DNA of 64,000 bases from NCBI GenBank assembly GCA_951406725.2, contig OX597818.1, forward strand, positions 122,016,001 through 122,080,000. The letters run 5' to 3'. The position numbers and the translations under genes are program-made. Origin of the DNA: Octopus vulgaris (lineage: Eukaryota). The notes under the pieces are model-generated. The model did not search any database and was not told the DNA's origin. It was given only the letters and a program-made list of their open reading frames with translations. Shown here piece by piece: positions 1-14,510 of the stretch. Positions within the stretch are counted from its first letter, which is position 1. Each line of letters starts with the position of its first letter.

Positions 1-74
1 TGCGTATATTTTATTTATTAAATTATTATATGACTGAGCGCCCCTCGCGTCGTTTCGTTTCTTTTCTCCAAGTA

Positions 75-129
<55 letters not shown>

Positions 130-164
130 ATATGTGTGTGTGTGCGTATTTGTGTATGAATATA

Positions 165-210
<46 letters not shown>

Positions 211-717
211 ATGTATATACATATACATACACCCCCCACACACGCACACACACACATACACACACACATATGCATGGAGAAATATATATTCATGGCACAT
301 AGATAAGTGCAAGCACGTACGCTAAACAAATGACGGTGAAAATAGTACTCAAATACTAAGACTGCAGGGAAATATAGTGTTTTATTGCAGCACCCAAACT
401 TCATGATCCGATGATCATATAAGCGATCGTCAGAGATGTGTCTACTGATTGTGTACGTGAAATTCTGAGTACCAATTTATGAAACATTTTGGGTTTAGTT
501 GATTGAATCGACACAAGTATATTACACGTTTTAGCACCACGAACATACTTGAGTTGAGTCTGAAACGACGAAATGTAGCATTAAGTCTGGTATTAATTAT
601 CTAAATTAGAGAGTACTGGATGTAACTAAACCCCGCGAGGCATTAAACCTAGGCATCTGACTCTTCTCACTTGCTATATCAAATTTTCTAATAAAGAACA
701 GTGTTCTTTTATTCTTT

Positions 718-936
718 AATTCTTTTACTTGTTTCAGTAATTTGACTGAGACCATGCTGGAGCACCGCCTTGAAAAAGTTTTAGTCGAAGAAATCAACCC
801 CAGGACTTATTCTTCGTAAGCCTAATACTTATTCTGTCGGTGTTTTTTTTACCAAACCGCTATATGGACGTAAACACACCAACATCAGTTATCAAGTGAT
901 GGTGGAGGAAAAACACTGACACAAAGACAAACACAT

Positions 937-1002
<66 letters not shown>

Positions 1003-1042
1003 ACGACTTCTTTCAGTTTGCGTCTACCATAACCACTCACAA
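718..1042 (-). mobile_element. SINE family B, 5'-truncated
   Basis: Matches the other B copies (ccatgctggagcaccgcc, gacttattct, internal (CA)n, cgtctacc..ccactcacaa). Confidence 0.85.
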
Positions 1043-1146
1043 CCTAAGGTAGTAACCCGCTATCCACATAATTCCCATCAGGAATAAGACCGAACCTGAG
1101 CCAAACCATTCATAACAACAATAACAACAACAACGACAACAATAAT

Positions 1147-1361
1147 TGTTTCAAATTTTGGCACAGAGCAAGCAGTTGTTTTAGTGGGTGTGGAAATCAT
1201 TTACATCGAATCCAGTATCTGGCTGGTACTTATTTTATCGAAACCGAAAGGATCAAAGGTAAAGTCGACCTCCATAGAACTTGAAATCAAAACGTAAAGA
1301 CGGACGAAATGCTGCAGAGCATTTTGCCCGGCGTGCTGACGATTCTGCCAGCACGCCGCCT

Positions 1362-1362
<1 letters not shown>
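1147..1362 (-). mobile_element. SINE family C (tRNA-like head, MetaSINE-like central domain)
   Basis: Minus strand begins GGCGGCGTGCTGGCAGAATCGTCAGCAC, contains GTCGACTTTACCTTTGATCCTTTCGG..GATAAAATAAGTACCAG, ends GTGCCAAAATTTGAAAC plus a trinucleotide tail. Confidence 0.85.
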
Positions 1363-1438
<76 letters not shown>

Positions 1439-1439
1439 T

Positions 1440-1492
<53 letters not shown>

Positions 1493-1516
1493 ATAATAAT
1501 AATAATAATAACATTA

Positions 1517-2085
1517 GCCCTGATGCATGAGAGCCAGTGACTCTCATGGCTTCTGATCTTAACTGATTGGAAGTGTTATCATGTACATTATTTTGTCTTG
1601 GTATAAAAGATGGGCTACAGCAAATATTCTGCTCAATACCACAGATTTGCATGTCAGTTGTTTGACCTTAACCAGTTGAGCATGTCCCTTAGTGGCTACC
1701 GATATGTGCATCTCTGACCACGAGCAGAAGTAGAGGGGGAGCATCATAGCAATGTGTTGAGATGGATTCTTTGGGGTTTGAATAATTCACCTCTGGAAAC
1801 ATGGGTGTTTCGTTCAACATCCTTAAACAACCATTATTCAGGGACCTTTTGAGTGGGATGGGTTACTCGACCAGAAGAAAATTCTAACTGGGCCTCACCT
1901 GCAAGGTCATGTGCTGTTTATCTTGATATGAGATCACCATGTCACGCACATATGGTTGTGATGCATGTGCCTGGTGTACCCTAATCAGACGGCTAGTCAT
2001 GATGAGTATACTGGACTTCGTATATTTTAACCCAGTGTCACTTTGATGACATGCACTACTCCCTCACTCAATAATAATAATAATA
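1517..2085 (+). mobile_element. Family D, ~555-bp (AAT)n-tailed non-autonomous retroelement
   Basis: Colinear and highly similar to 46285-46890; lies just after an (AAT)n tract and ends CTCACTC(AAT)n. Confidence 0.85.
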
Positions 2086-2543
2086 CCATTTCTGGTACCT
2101 CCTCATCGCCGCTATTCCACAGCTTATATGAAAATTGATATTAGAAAAAAATTTAAGTAGACATGTAACGAGAAAAAAATTGAAAGACGAGCGTTCATCA
2201 TATAAAAGAGCGGACATAACCAATGAAACAGATGTCTATAGAGGCAAGCAGTAACGTTCATAAATACAAGACACATTCAACCGATCGGTATGAGCATAGA
2301 CAATGCCACACGCATGCGCATATGGACTTATAGTCGAGAGTTTCTCACATATAAATACACATCATATGAACTATAAGGCTAATTTCGGATATTGTTGACG
2401 GCGAAAACAAGAAGCCATTAGAGTAATTTGTAATGGTTTTAATTAGATAATTGCTTCTGTGGAAGTTTGGCGTCTCTAATTACGAATGTGCACAAATACA
2501 TATATATATACGTACATAAATACATTTATAATGATATATGTGC

Positions 2544-2581
<38 letters not shown>

Positions 2582-2691
2582 GTATGTACGTATGAATTCA
2601 TATAAAGGCATACATATTTATAAATGAGTATACATGTATATGTGTGTGTGTATATGTGCGTGTGAGTGTGCGTGAGTGTCTGTCTGTGGTG

Positions 2692-2722
<31 letters not shown>

Positions 2723-2917
2723 GGTGTGCAAATACGTGCATATATGTAAGCGTACGTGTGGATGGCTGTGTGTCAGAGAAATAGAGTAAATGAGAATGTA
2801 TGTGCCAATGTATACTTGTATACATGGATGCATTCATCCATATACAAACACAAACACACATGCATACACATAAACACATACAAACACACACAAATATATA
2901 TATACACACATACATAC

Positions 2918-2957
<40 letters not shown>

Positions 2958-3452
2958 ATATGTGTGTGTGTGTATATATTTACACATTTAGAAATACATA
3001 CATACATATATACACACATACATACACCATATAGATATGTAAGTAAACGCACACAAAAACCTAGTCATACATTCATGCATAAGGAAATATATTGTATATA
3101 TAGGCAAACAGATGCACATATATATACAGGCAGCAACCGCAGTTACACCCACACCTATAGTTACACCCCACCACCTACATCTGTATATATATCTACATAT
3201 GTTAATTTCTGAAAGACATTTGAGGAGTTTTCGGAAAGGTGAAAGGTCAGACAATGATATGAATATTGAAATTGAATTGGAATCATCTTTTCATGTAGTG
3301 ACTACCATACGTTTAGCCTTTTATAGAAGCAAACATGATTGAGATATGTATGCATGTGTCGGTGTATGGGTGCATTTGGACGTCTATGTGCGTATGCGCA
3401 TGGGCACGGTCAAGCGTGTATGTATGTGTATCTGCGTATGTATGTATGTATG

Positions 3453-3509
<57 letters not shown>

Positions 3510-3635
3510 GTTTATATGTGTATCTGCATATGTATGTATGCGTTCAGAGAAGCAACTACAATTGCGGCCCTATTTCTGTGTGTGCATGTATCTGTTTTAT
3601 GTGTGTGTCTATGAGCGAGTCTGTGTGTCTGTGAG

Positions 3636-3669
<34 letters not shown>

Positions 3670-3892
3670 GGTGTGACAGCTTCTATTTGTATACGTGTTT
3701 TGCGTGTTTGTAAAGGTATATATTAATTAAAAGTATTTACGTTCTCTGTTCGTTTTGTTGTTTTTCAACCCTAGGCCAACACAGAGTGAGCAGACGTAAG
3801 AACATAAGCTTCCCAGCCGTAGCCATTTGATTTTTTGGGGGAATATTTTGTATCTAAGACTATCACAAGCGCAGGCTTCGCTGTATGATTCC

Positions 3893-4140
3893 CCACCACA
3901 TGGTTCCGGATTCAGTTCCACTGCGTGGCACCTCGGGCAAGTGTCTTCCACTATAGACTTGGATTGACCAAAGCCGTGTGAGTGGATTTGGTAGATGGAA
4001 ATTGAAAAAAAAACCATCGTATATATGTATATATGTGTGTGCATGTATATATGTGTGTGTGTGTTTTGTGTCTGTTTGTCCCCCATCACCGCTTGACAAC
4101 CGGTGTTGGTGTGTTTACGCCCTTGTAACTTAGCGGTTTG
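3893..4140 (+). mobile_element. SINE family B fragment
   Basis: ccacatggttccggattcagttccactgcgtggcacctcgggcaagtgtcttc (B-box-like plus CORE-like segment), internal microsatellite. Confidence 0.85.
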
Positions 4141-4310
4141 GTGTTGGTGATTTGTTGTCCTTCTTTGGACTTTTTCCTCTTTACTTTCCGACAAAGAGCT
4201 ATGCTTGAAACGTCAAAGGCTGTCTCTTTTTACTGAGCGTCAGACTAATACATTCCTTGTGCACGTCCTCTTATTTGTTATTGTTACTTTTAATGTTCAT
4301 TTATTTGATT
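4141..4310 (+). mobile_element. Penelope-type pLTR remnant with degenerate minimal hammerhead motif
   Basis: cttt-CCGACAA-AGAGC-TAT-GCTT-GAAACGTC-aaag at 4184-4218; a related copy lies in opposite orientation at 4862-5070. Confidence 0.6.
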
Positions 4311-4335
4311 TGACAATGCATGCACACACACACAC

Positions 4336-4410
<75 letters not shown>

Positions 4411-4417
4411 GTTATGC

Positions 4418-4453
<36 letters not shown>

Positions 4454-4455
<2 letters not shown>

Positions 4456-4835
4456 AGGCGCAATGGCCTTGTGGTTAGGGCAGCGGACTCGCGGTCATAG
4501 TATCGCGGTTTCGATTCCCAGACCGGGCGTTGTGAGTGTTTATTGAGCGAAAGCACCTAAAGCCCCACAGGGCTCCGGCAGGGGATGGTGGTGATCCTTG
4601 CAGTACTCTTTCACCACAACTTTCTCTCACTCTTACTTCCTGTTTCTGTTGTACATGTATTTAAAGGGGCCGGCCTTGTCACTCTCTGTGTCACGCTGAA
4701 TATCCCCGAGAACTACGTTAAGGGTACACGTGTCTGTGGAGTACTTAGCCATTTACACGTTAATTTCACGAGCAGGCTGTTCCGTTGATTCGGATCAACC
4801 GGAACCCTCGTCGTCGTAACCGACGGAGTGCTTCC
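4454..4835 (+). mobile_element. SINE family A, full length, tRNA-derived
   Basis: GGAGGCGCAATGGCCTTGTGGTTAGGGC (A box) ... GGTTTCGATTCC (B box); near-identical to 27414-27758 and 63567-63946. Confidence 0.93.
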
Positions 4836-4861
4836 ACATACATATATATATGATTAATTAA

Positions 4862-5070
4862 CCCCACCCCCCAAAGAAATGAACAAAAAAACACAACAAT
4901 AAAAAGACAACAACGCCATGACGTGCTACATACAGAGTATTAAAAGACACTTAAGGAAGGAAAGGGTGTTTTACGTTTCGAGCAAAGCTCTTCTTCAAAC
5001 ATAGGAGACAGAGGAAAGTCCAAAAGAAAAAGAAGACGGAGGAAAAAAAGTCGCTAATAATCTACATGTA
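4862..5070 (-). mobile_element. Penelope-type pLTR remnant with degenerate minimal hammerhead motif
   Basis: Minus strand of 4968-5000 reads GTTTGAAGAAGAGC-TTT-GCTCGAAACGTAAAAC, like the CUGAAGA..GAAACGUA motif of Penelope pLTRs but lacking C3. Confidence 0.65.
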
Positions 5071-6475
5071 GTTACATATGTACGTGTATGTGTGTGTATG
5101 TGTGTATGTGTGTATATGCAGATATATGCATGTATGCATTTCAAAATATAACCATGCTTTAGTAAATCATATATGTAATTAACGATCGTATCTGCATGTA
5201 TGGAACATGGAGTACAAAGAACAATGCTGGCCCGCAGTGAAAGTATGAACTGAGTTCAAAATTTGCTCGAAATTTGATAACTAGAGAGATCCTTCAAAGA
5301 CTAGGAGTCCATGGAAAGATTTATCTAAATAAAGGGAGTCGAAGGGGAAGAAGCTATTCTGTGTGTATTAATGACAAGATGGTTACGGCTGGAACATCTG
5401 TCAACATTTGTTACAGATGCAACTACTGATGGGACACCTATATGTTTCCTTGTTTTGCAAGAAGTATCAACCATTTCTCTTTCAAATCGCCACCCACGCA
5501 TTTAGGAAGGAAGAGGTCTCATTAACTACACATCTACGTTTATACCTTGCAGATCTCAAGGGTTGTTTGCATTTGTAAGAATGTTGAAAAGTTGTGAGCC
5601 CATGAAACCTAAGTTGTTTCAGTACCGGGTCTTTATTCTAGCTGGAAAGGCCGGGATCTCAGGTACTATGCTGGGGTGTCCAGTTCGGTGGTTGGTATAG
5701 CGTTCTATACCAAATTTGAGGAGGTAGCGATTTGAAGGAGATTTGTTTGCAAGATATTTCTTGCAAATCAAGCAAACACATGAGGGTTCCATCATTGGCC
5801 CCATCTCTAAAAAAACGTTCACAGACGTTCCAGCCGTGGCAATCATACCTTCTATACAGACAGAATAGCTTCCTCACCTTAGACTTCCATGATATTCCAT
5901 ACGCATATCACTGCGTATCTTTAGCATCGTTTCTCAAGGGAGTAGAGTCTCGGTTTCTAGATTCTTCTTCGAAAGAAATAGACAACTGGATGGTCACAGT
6001 TTGATTGCCGCTGATCATAGGTCTGACTGATCAAGGCTAAATCTATTTATAGCTATTACAGTGAGTATCACTGAGTAAGCGAAATTTAAGGGACCTGAAC
6101 AATATAAAGAGTTAAAACAACGGACACAACGTCTCTCCCGTACGTACACTTTTTAGCCGTCAGACCAACACCCTGTTCTGCGTCTCTAAATTCTGTCTTT
6201 AATCTAGGAAAACAGTTTTTGAAATGTTGTGTAAAATTGGAAACACTGTTTAAAACTTCACAAAACAAAACAAAAAATAGAAAATACTGTCAAAATTTTG
6301 AAAATGCTGTTTAAAAAGTGAAAAGTACAGAAACGTTACGTTTTCGAATGTTTTTTTTTTTTAAATCGAAGTTTCAAAATGTTCCATAAATACATGACTG
6401 CTCACGTCATATATTTGACGAATACTTTACAGGTACTTACATGTATGTATGTATGTATGTATGTATGTATGTATG

Positions 6476-6507
<32 letters not shown>

Positions 6508-7287
6508 TGTATGTATGTATGTACGTACGTACGTACGTACCTATGTATGTATGTATGTATGTATGTATGTATGTATGTATGCATGTATGTACGTACGTAC
6601 GTACGTATGTATGTATGTATGTATGTATGTATGTATGTCCGTACGTACGTACGCAAGTATGTATGTATGTATGTACGTACGTATGTATGCATGTATGTAT
6701 GTATTATATATGTATGTATGTATGTATGTATTATATATGTATGTATGTATGAATGTATATAAGTATATGTATGTATGTGTATGTATGTATGTATGTATAT
6801 GTATGTATGTATGTATGTATGTATTATATATGTATGTATGTATATATGAATGGAATGTATACGGCTCTATTTCTTTCTCTTTTTTTCTCTCTTTCACTCA
6901 TACACTCTTTCTCTCTTCCACTCTCCCTCTCTTATATATTATATTGATACAAACATGACATATATCTTCCAAATAAAAAAAACAAACAAACAGAATCGAT
7001 ACGTTCTTATGATGGAAGCATGTAGAATTATCTATAATGTACTTATATGAATAGGAATTTAGTAACAATGTCATTGCTTCCCTAATCCTACAAATAAGTA
7101 CATAGCCGCCTTTTTATCAGGGATATATAATGCTCATGTATGTATACAATGATGTATGTGTATACATACACACACATATTTGTGCATACGTATATCTTTT
7201 AAGTCATCTATCTTAGCCTGCGTTATTTATGTTATAAAACATTAGACACGTGTATGTATGTATTATGTATGTATGTATTTATGTATG

Positions 7288-7321
<34 letters not shown>

Positions 7322-8169
7322 TGTATGTATGTATGTATGTATGTATGTATGTATGTATGTATGCATGTATGTATGTATGTCATTATTCAGTTTTATTTCA
7401 AGATTTCTTGCCAATAGGGAAACAACCCGTTTCTAACCTAGATCCAACCTAGATTCAATATCAATAACAGGATATTTTTGTATGTATGTATATGTGCAAA
7501 GTTTTAAGTTTCTTTTTTTTTATGTATGTATGTATGCATGTATGTATGTATGTATGTATGTATGTATGTATGTATGTATGTATGTATGTATGTATGTATG
7601 TATGTATGTATGTATGTATGTATGTATTCCTTTAGATTCCTCCATATTACACCGCGTAATTCACATTATAAAACATTATACAGGTATGTATTTATATATT
7701 CCCAAATGCTGATATATATTCAAATATTCATACACACATTTTTCAGTCGGTTGCATTGGACCTCTGTGAGTTAATTCTGTGGGTAAGAGACACTCAGAAC
7801 ACTTTCCCGTGATCTGATACGAGGCGTTGACATTTCTACTTGTGGACCAATCCCCTACTGACATAGCCCCTAGATACAAACGTTTCATATACGTATAATC
7901 ATACAAAGCATACGAGTGTATAAACATTCTAATCTTACAATGAATTGTGAGATTAGAAGAGAGACCAGTAGTTTGAGAAAGTCCTGCCCATTTCGAGAAT
8001 TATATGCTGAAGCTTAACGCTAAAGGAAAGCAGAGTTGAGCTGCACATCTCCGGGTCTTAGTGGTTCATAAAAGTATTAACGTAAAATAATTGCCTTTGA
8101 CAAGCATCGCATGAAGGCAATGGCCAGAAGGATTGCACTGAACCGAGTGTATATTTCTCTCGACATAAT

Positions 8170-8201
<32 letters not shown>

Positions 8202-8607
8202 CCACACGTGCACATGCACACATACATACACATTCATGCGCACGCAGAGGATTATACCTGCTGTAACCTAGCACGAAGGAAAAAGGCTTAAACAGAGAAC
8301 AATTTATCCGTAAACATTCGCATTTGAGAATTGCCATTGAAAATTCTGAAAGTATGCGAATCTAGAAAGATCGGATCGTTATTACAGCTTAACGAAATTC
8401 TTCTTCGAGAACTTCCACGTTTGATAGGTTATTTCCGCATTTAAAATGAGAAATGGGACATAGAATTTACTGAACCAATTAATGTCAAAACGCCAAGAAA
8501 TTTTAAATCTATTACTCTAAAACCTAAATATTTAAAAATAACCTTGCTATTATTGATTTCTTTGGCGCAAGTCCATACGTTACAAGGGAGGAATTTGTCC
8601 GTTGTGA

Positions 8608-8850
8608 GGGCGCGTAGGATAGTGGTTAGGGTGGTGCACCCAGAATCGTAAGATCGGATCAAGCAGTACATTTTGCTCTTGTTTAAAACAATTCGCTCAG
8701 CTGTAACGAGTTCCTGTAATAGTTGGGAAGTTAGCCCTGTGACAGAGTGGCATCTCGACAGCAAGGAATGTTGTAATCTCACTGACTTATAAAACCATGT
8801 GAAACAGGTTTAAGCCACGATCTTACGATTCGTAGGACTCATGACAAGCT
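8608..8850 (+). mobile_element. Old tRNA-derived SINE (G-type head, V-SINE-like central motif)
   Basis: gggcgcgtaggatagtggttagggt head resembles the heads at 27098 and 40425(-); agccctgtgacagagtggcatctcg resembles the V-domain. Confidence 0.5.
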
Positions 8851-9051
8851 TAGTAATCTGTCTATTCGGCTGACACAACAGTAAGTAACTGATGCTTGAA
8901 TTAATGACCGTTTTCTAATATATTTGTTATTTCACTGTATATCAACTCAAAAACTCAAAGCTTACATGCTAATACCTATAGCCTTATCATCTACTTCGAG
9001 ATCAACTATTCTAAAAAGAATTATTTCCCGTTCTCCCGAAAGTTATGAATT

Positions 9052-9092
<41 letters not shown>

Positions 9093-9370
9093 GAGCGCAC
9101 GCTCACACACATCTATATGTAGTGTTTTTGCAGTGAAATAAAAGCTTCGACAGTAGTTGCATATGAAAAACCCAGAAAGTCATAGATGGCAAAACTTCGA
9201 AGTCATTGTCAACATAATCATAATAATTATTAGCCTCAACGAACGTTATATTCATACACATATACATACATACATACATACATACATACATGCATTTATA
9301 TACATGTGCACACAAAAACAGGCGTACACATATGTATGTATTTATCCATATCTATGCATGATTGTATGCT

Positions 9371-9425
<55 letters not shown>

Positions 9426-9525
9426 ATAAACGAGTATGTAATAATTCTATTGACACACACAATACACTCTATGCTATCTACGTAAGTCACACGATATACT
9501 TCATAAGATATTCACAATGAAGTCA

Positions 9526-9569
<44 letters not shown>

Positions 9570-9722
9570 GCATATATATAAGTATGTATGTATATATGTA
9601 TATATATACATATACACACACACATATATATATATACTTACTTTACCCGATATCAAAACAATGACCTCCTAACAACACACTTTCATTACTTCATATCAAG
9701 AATACCAAGATTCCATTTCCAT

Positions 9723-9787
<65 letters not shown>

Positions 9788-12683
9788 TTTTCACAGAGAA
9801 TATAACAGGCAGTAAACCCAGCGTTGCCTTCACATGTTAATATCGGCAAATACTCAAAATGAAAAGAACATAAAAGAGAGTCTGAATGGAAGAGGAAAGG
9901 ATCGAACGCGATGCAACATGAAACCACATTGATCCCATTGTGTGGATATTGCTTTACTATAAGATGTGATAAGCTACGGGGTATAGAATTACAAACGGTA
10001 TTATAGCATGAAACAATGCTAAACGGTATTTTGTATCTATGAGGGGGGATAATGGAAGTAAGAGAAATTATACTCAAACTCATATTGATGAATGCATCCA
10101 GTTGTGAACGCGTCTATGTGGATAGGTTCAAACATGGAAATACATATACTACATATTCAAAAAGGACCATGCCCCCCTCTACTACATAAAAAAAACGCGT
10201 CTGTGTGCGTTTGCATGTTGCGTAGAAATATGCATGTAGACTCATATTAACTAGTGTACATATGTATCGTGTATGTATATATATATATGTATATGTGCGT
10301 GTGTGTGTGTGTGTGTTTATACGCGTATTGGTTTTGTGGATTCATGAATGGTCTGAAGAACAATACACATACACACATATAACACACACACATATATATA
10401 TAGAAATTTTGATAGACACGCGCACACACATATACATTCATACAAATATCATTTGATTCATTCTATATTCTATACAACTATATAACACAGATATAAGTAA
10501 TACATACCGACCAAATACACACTCACAGACAAGGAGTTATTGGCTACTACATTCACTCTTACGTTGACGATATATCACACCCTCACCCTCACACACAGTC
10601 TCTCTTTCTCTATATCAGCACACACATATATGCATCCTATCTTATCTCTCTCTCTCCCTCTCTCTTTCTCTCTATCTCTCTCCCTCTCTTTCTTTCTCTC
10701 TCTCTCTCTCTCTCTCACTCTCTCTCTCTCAGTACACACGCATAAGCATCCTATCGTTTCATATCACATCATCAATGATTGGCCTTTCTGAACTTGGTAT
10801 TGAGTAAAAATTCTTCTGATCGATATCAATGCTATCAATATTCCTGTTCGTATGCTATATTATTATATCGTAAATGGACAGCATTAATTACAGTGTGTTG
10901 ATAATGACACTCCTATAGCAAAGACTTTAGAGAACCAGTAGACTCTTACTAATTTTATTGAAGATTAATCTAGAAAAACAAAATACATTATAGTACTGGC
11001 TGGTTTTATTTAATCTATTTTAAAGAAGTCTTGTTATATACTACTAAAAAACTGACAACAAGAAAAAAAGAAACACCTTCACCTCAAAAGGATCTTATTA
11101 TTTTCCCTGTTTTTGTTAGTGATGGTACAATGGCACCCGTAATTCATAACTTTCACCTTTCCTTCCCGCCGCAACTGGTGGAAGGCTTGGTGACTATGCA
11201 GAAACATTATGGCCTTATTTGTACCAACCCAAAATTTACCAGTTTCAGACACAGAGAACATTTCAAAAATTGCTTTAAAATGTCTACTATGCTTGAAAGT
11301 ACAATTTATTTTCAAAGGTCCGCCACCCATCGATAATTTCATAGAGGCTACAAAACAAAACAAAAAAAAAAAAGATTTAACAGAAACAATTAACTGTTCA
11401 TTATTTCTATTCCTTTCTACTCTCTTTTTTTTTTCTCATTTTCTTTTTGTTTCTGTTTCTTCTTTCATGAAAGAGGTATTATATCCTTTCCTTAGTTTTT
11501 TATGGTTTCCCAGGTTTATACGGACATTTAAATTGATTAAATTATTCTAAAGAAATATTCTCAGACTGGAGACCTGGCTCGATTGTTTGCTACACAGTGT
11601 GTTCCATTAAAGACTCCAAAAGATCAAACGTTGGTGTTGAATCAATCCTATTACCTAGATTTTAGTTTAGTATTTTGATGAAATCTATGACTCTATACGA
11701 GTCCACACCTCTCGCAAAATCTACCCCTTAATTGGGGCCACCACCCAAGTCATATATATATACATATATACATATAATACATATATACATACATGCACAG
11801 ATACATACATGCATGGATGCATGCATACATACATACATACATACATACATACATACATACATACATACATACATACATACGTACATACATACATACATAC
11901 ATACATACATACATACATACATACATACATACATACACATTTGTTGATGATGCTGCTGGAGAATTCAGGAATTCATGTAATGTGAATTACTGGACAATTA
12001 ATACTTTCCTATACACAATTGCTTTTACTCGCTACCATAAAGATGATACTAACATTGACATGAAGTGCAGCCTCTCAGATTTCGAAGGCTTTGCAAACAA
12101 AATTTTCCAAATTGTGACCATCCCGTCTTTTTGTATAGCCAAAACAACATTATACATTCTGAACATTTATTTTTGAGATTGCAAGGTACGATTTGAGAGA
12201 TTTGACTACGGTCTCTACACAAGGTCGAGCGACAACTTAGAAACCTCATTTCTACTGCGTTGATGCTCTTGTTATCGTTGGTACAAGTGGAAGTAGAGAA
12301 GCTTATGTATATGGTGTAAATGTGGTGTAAACGGCCTTCCATCAAAACTCGAAATTTATCTTGATATTCGAGCTAGTGCTTTTCGACAAAAAGTTATTCA
12401 ACAAAAATTAAAACTCATCTTGATTAATTTATTATCGCTCAATCTCCAGCTTCCGTGAAGTTTTCCATCACTACCATTTTTTTCACCATTCATCATCGAA
12501 CGCTGTTATATAAGCTCGGCTCCTGACTTGTATTAATCCCACTGATTTTGTTTTTATCGTTAAGTAGATGGACGATAGTTGAACGGTTAAGATGAAAACG
12601 TAGTTATCGTTCTACAGCTGATTCGTATCTTTACAAGATTATGTGCTCATGTATACATACATAAACGCACACATACACACATC

Positions 12684-12829
<146 letters not shown>

Positions 12830-12872
12830 TCCCTAGTTTCAGCTCAGAGCTGCGGCCATATATATATGTATG

Positions 12873-12910
<38 letters not shown>

Positions 12911-13173
12911 TATATATGTATATATATACATATATATATGTATGTGTATGTGTGTGTGAGTAATTATATTTTCTCGTGAATCATGAATGCACATAGCACG
13001 TATGCTATTTTGCACATGCGTGTGAACATCTAAAACTGTTTGAGGACCTTGTATTCATGTTGGAGTGGATTGCGTGTATACACATACAAATAAGAATAAG
13101 TAGATAGACACGTACATTCATGAACACATACATGCATATATATGCATTTATTTATGAACATTGACGTCTATGC

Positions 13174-13213
<40 letters not shown>

Positions 13214-13502
13214 GGTTATACATACATGCATACATACATGCATACATACATATATGTACTTGCATGTGAGTGTGTGTGCATGTGAAGTTTTATACACACG
13301 CATATATCTATACATACATATGTACACATATGCACACACATATCTGTACATACATATGTACAAATACATACACACATATGCACTCACACGCGCGCACACA
13401 TTCATACACACAAGCACAATCACACCGTCATATAATCTAAAATATACACACGCATACCTACACGCGCGAACACACACACACATGTCACTCACACACACAT
13501 AT

Positions 13503-13567
<65 letters not shown>

Positions 13568-14090
13568 TTCTTTCTCTCTCTCTCTCTCTCTTTCTTTCTC
13601 TCTCTCTCTCTTTCTCTTTCTCTCTCTCTCTCTCTTTCTCTCTCTTTCTATCACACATGCATCCACACATTCACAATGAAGCTGTTGCCGATAAATAAAT
13701 CAATGGCGAAGGTTATCTTCAAGAGTTAATCACATATTCTTTGATATGTTGAAGAAATGACGCAAAAGGCATCATGCTGGTGGAATTGGGAATGGCGATA
13801 AGCAGCGAAAATACGAAGCTTTGAACAAACCCTGCCTAATTAGATGACAGTAATCCTGCCGTATTTCGATCACAGGTGACGCCACTTGATGTATCGCTCA
13901 CAATACGCATTTACTCACGCTGGTAAAACACACAAAGGCATACACATACCTATACGCATACGCACACGCATGCACACACACACACATACACAAACGAACA
14001 CACGCACACACACACATGTTTGAATATTTTTAAATGTAACTATTCTTACACTCAAACATCCCTCTGTCTGTCTGTCTGTCTCACTCTGTT

Positions 14091-14134
<44 letters not shown>

Positions 14135-14510
14135 ATTGTAAGGATACTTATGTTTAAAAACATTCAAACATTAAATGAAGTATTACTAAATGCATTTAAC
14201 TCGACTCCACAATTATTGTAGTTTAAAAAGGAAACGGTTGGTCAGTGATTCGATGTTTCGCCCCAGATGCCTTGGTCAACGTTTCCGTGTAAAAAAAAAA
14301 ATGTATAACGTCTATGTATGCATTATGTATGTATGTATGTGTCTATGTGTGTGTATAATCCAAATCAATCTCCTCTTACAGGGATGGAAACATCCAATCT
14401 TCACTGGCTTAATACCCAATATTGCAGAAAAAACCGTCTACAATACAAATGGGTATATATGCTATATACAAAAATAATAATAGGAAAATGGAGAGTTTAA
14501 ACTGACACAT

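Noticed and set aside
4454-4525. tRNA-like sequences at the heads of A, B, C and G elements
   Set aside because: No complete cloverleaf, and they run into SINE bodies; they are SINE heads, not tRNA genes
11031-11363. Overlapping ~100-aa ORFs in unique sequence
   Set aside because: No recognisable domain or convincing splice-site pair; could be regulatory DNA, but I cannot support a call
13910-13935. Minus-strand ttttaccag-C-gtgagt
   Set aside because: Would imply a 1-nt exon with a poor pyrimidine tract; probably chance
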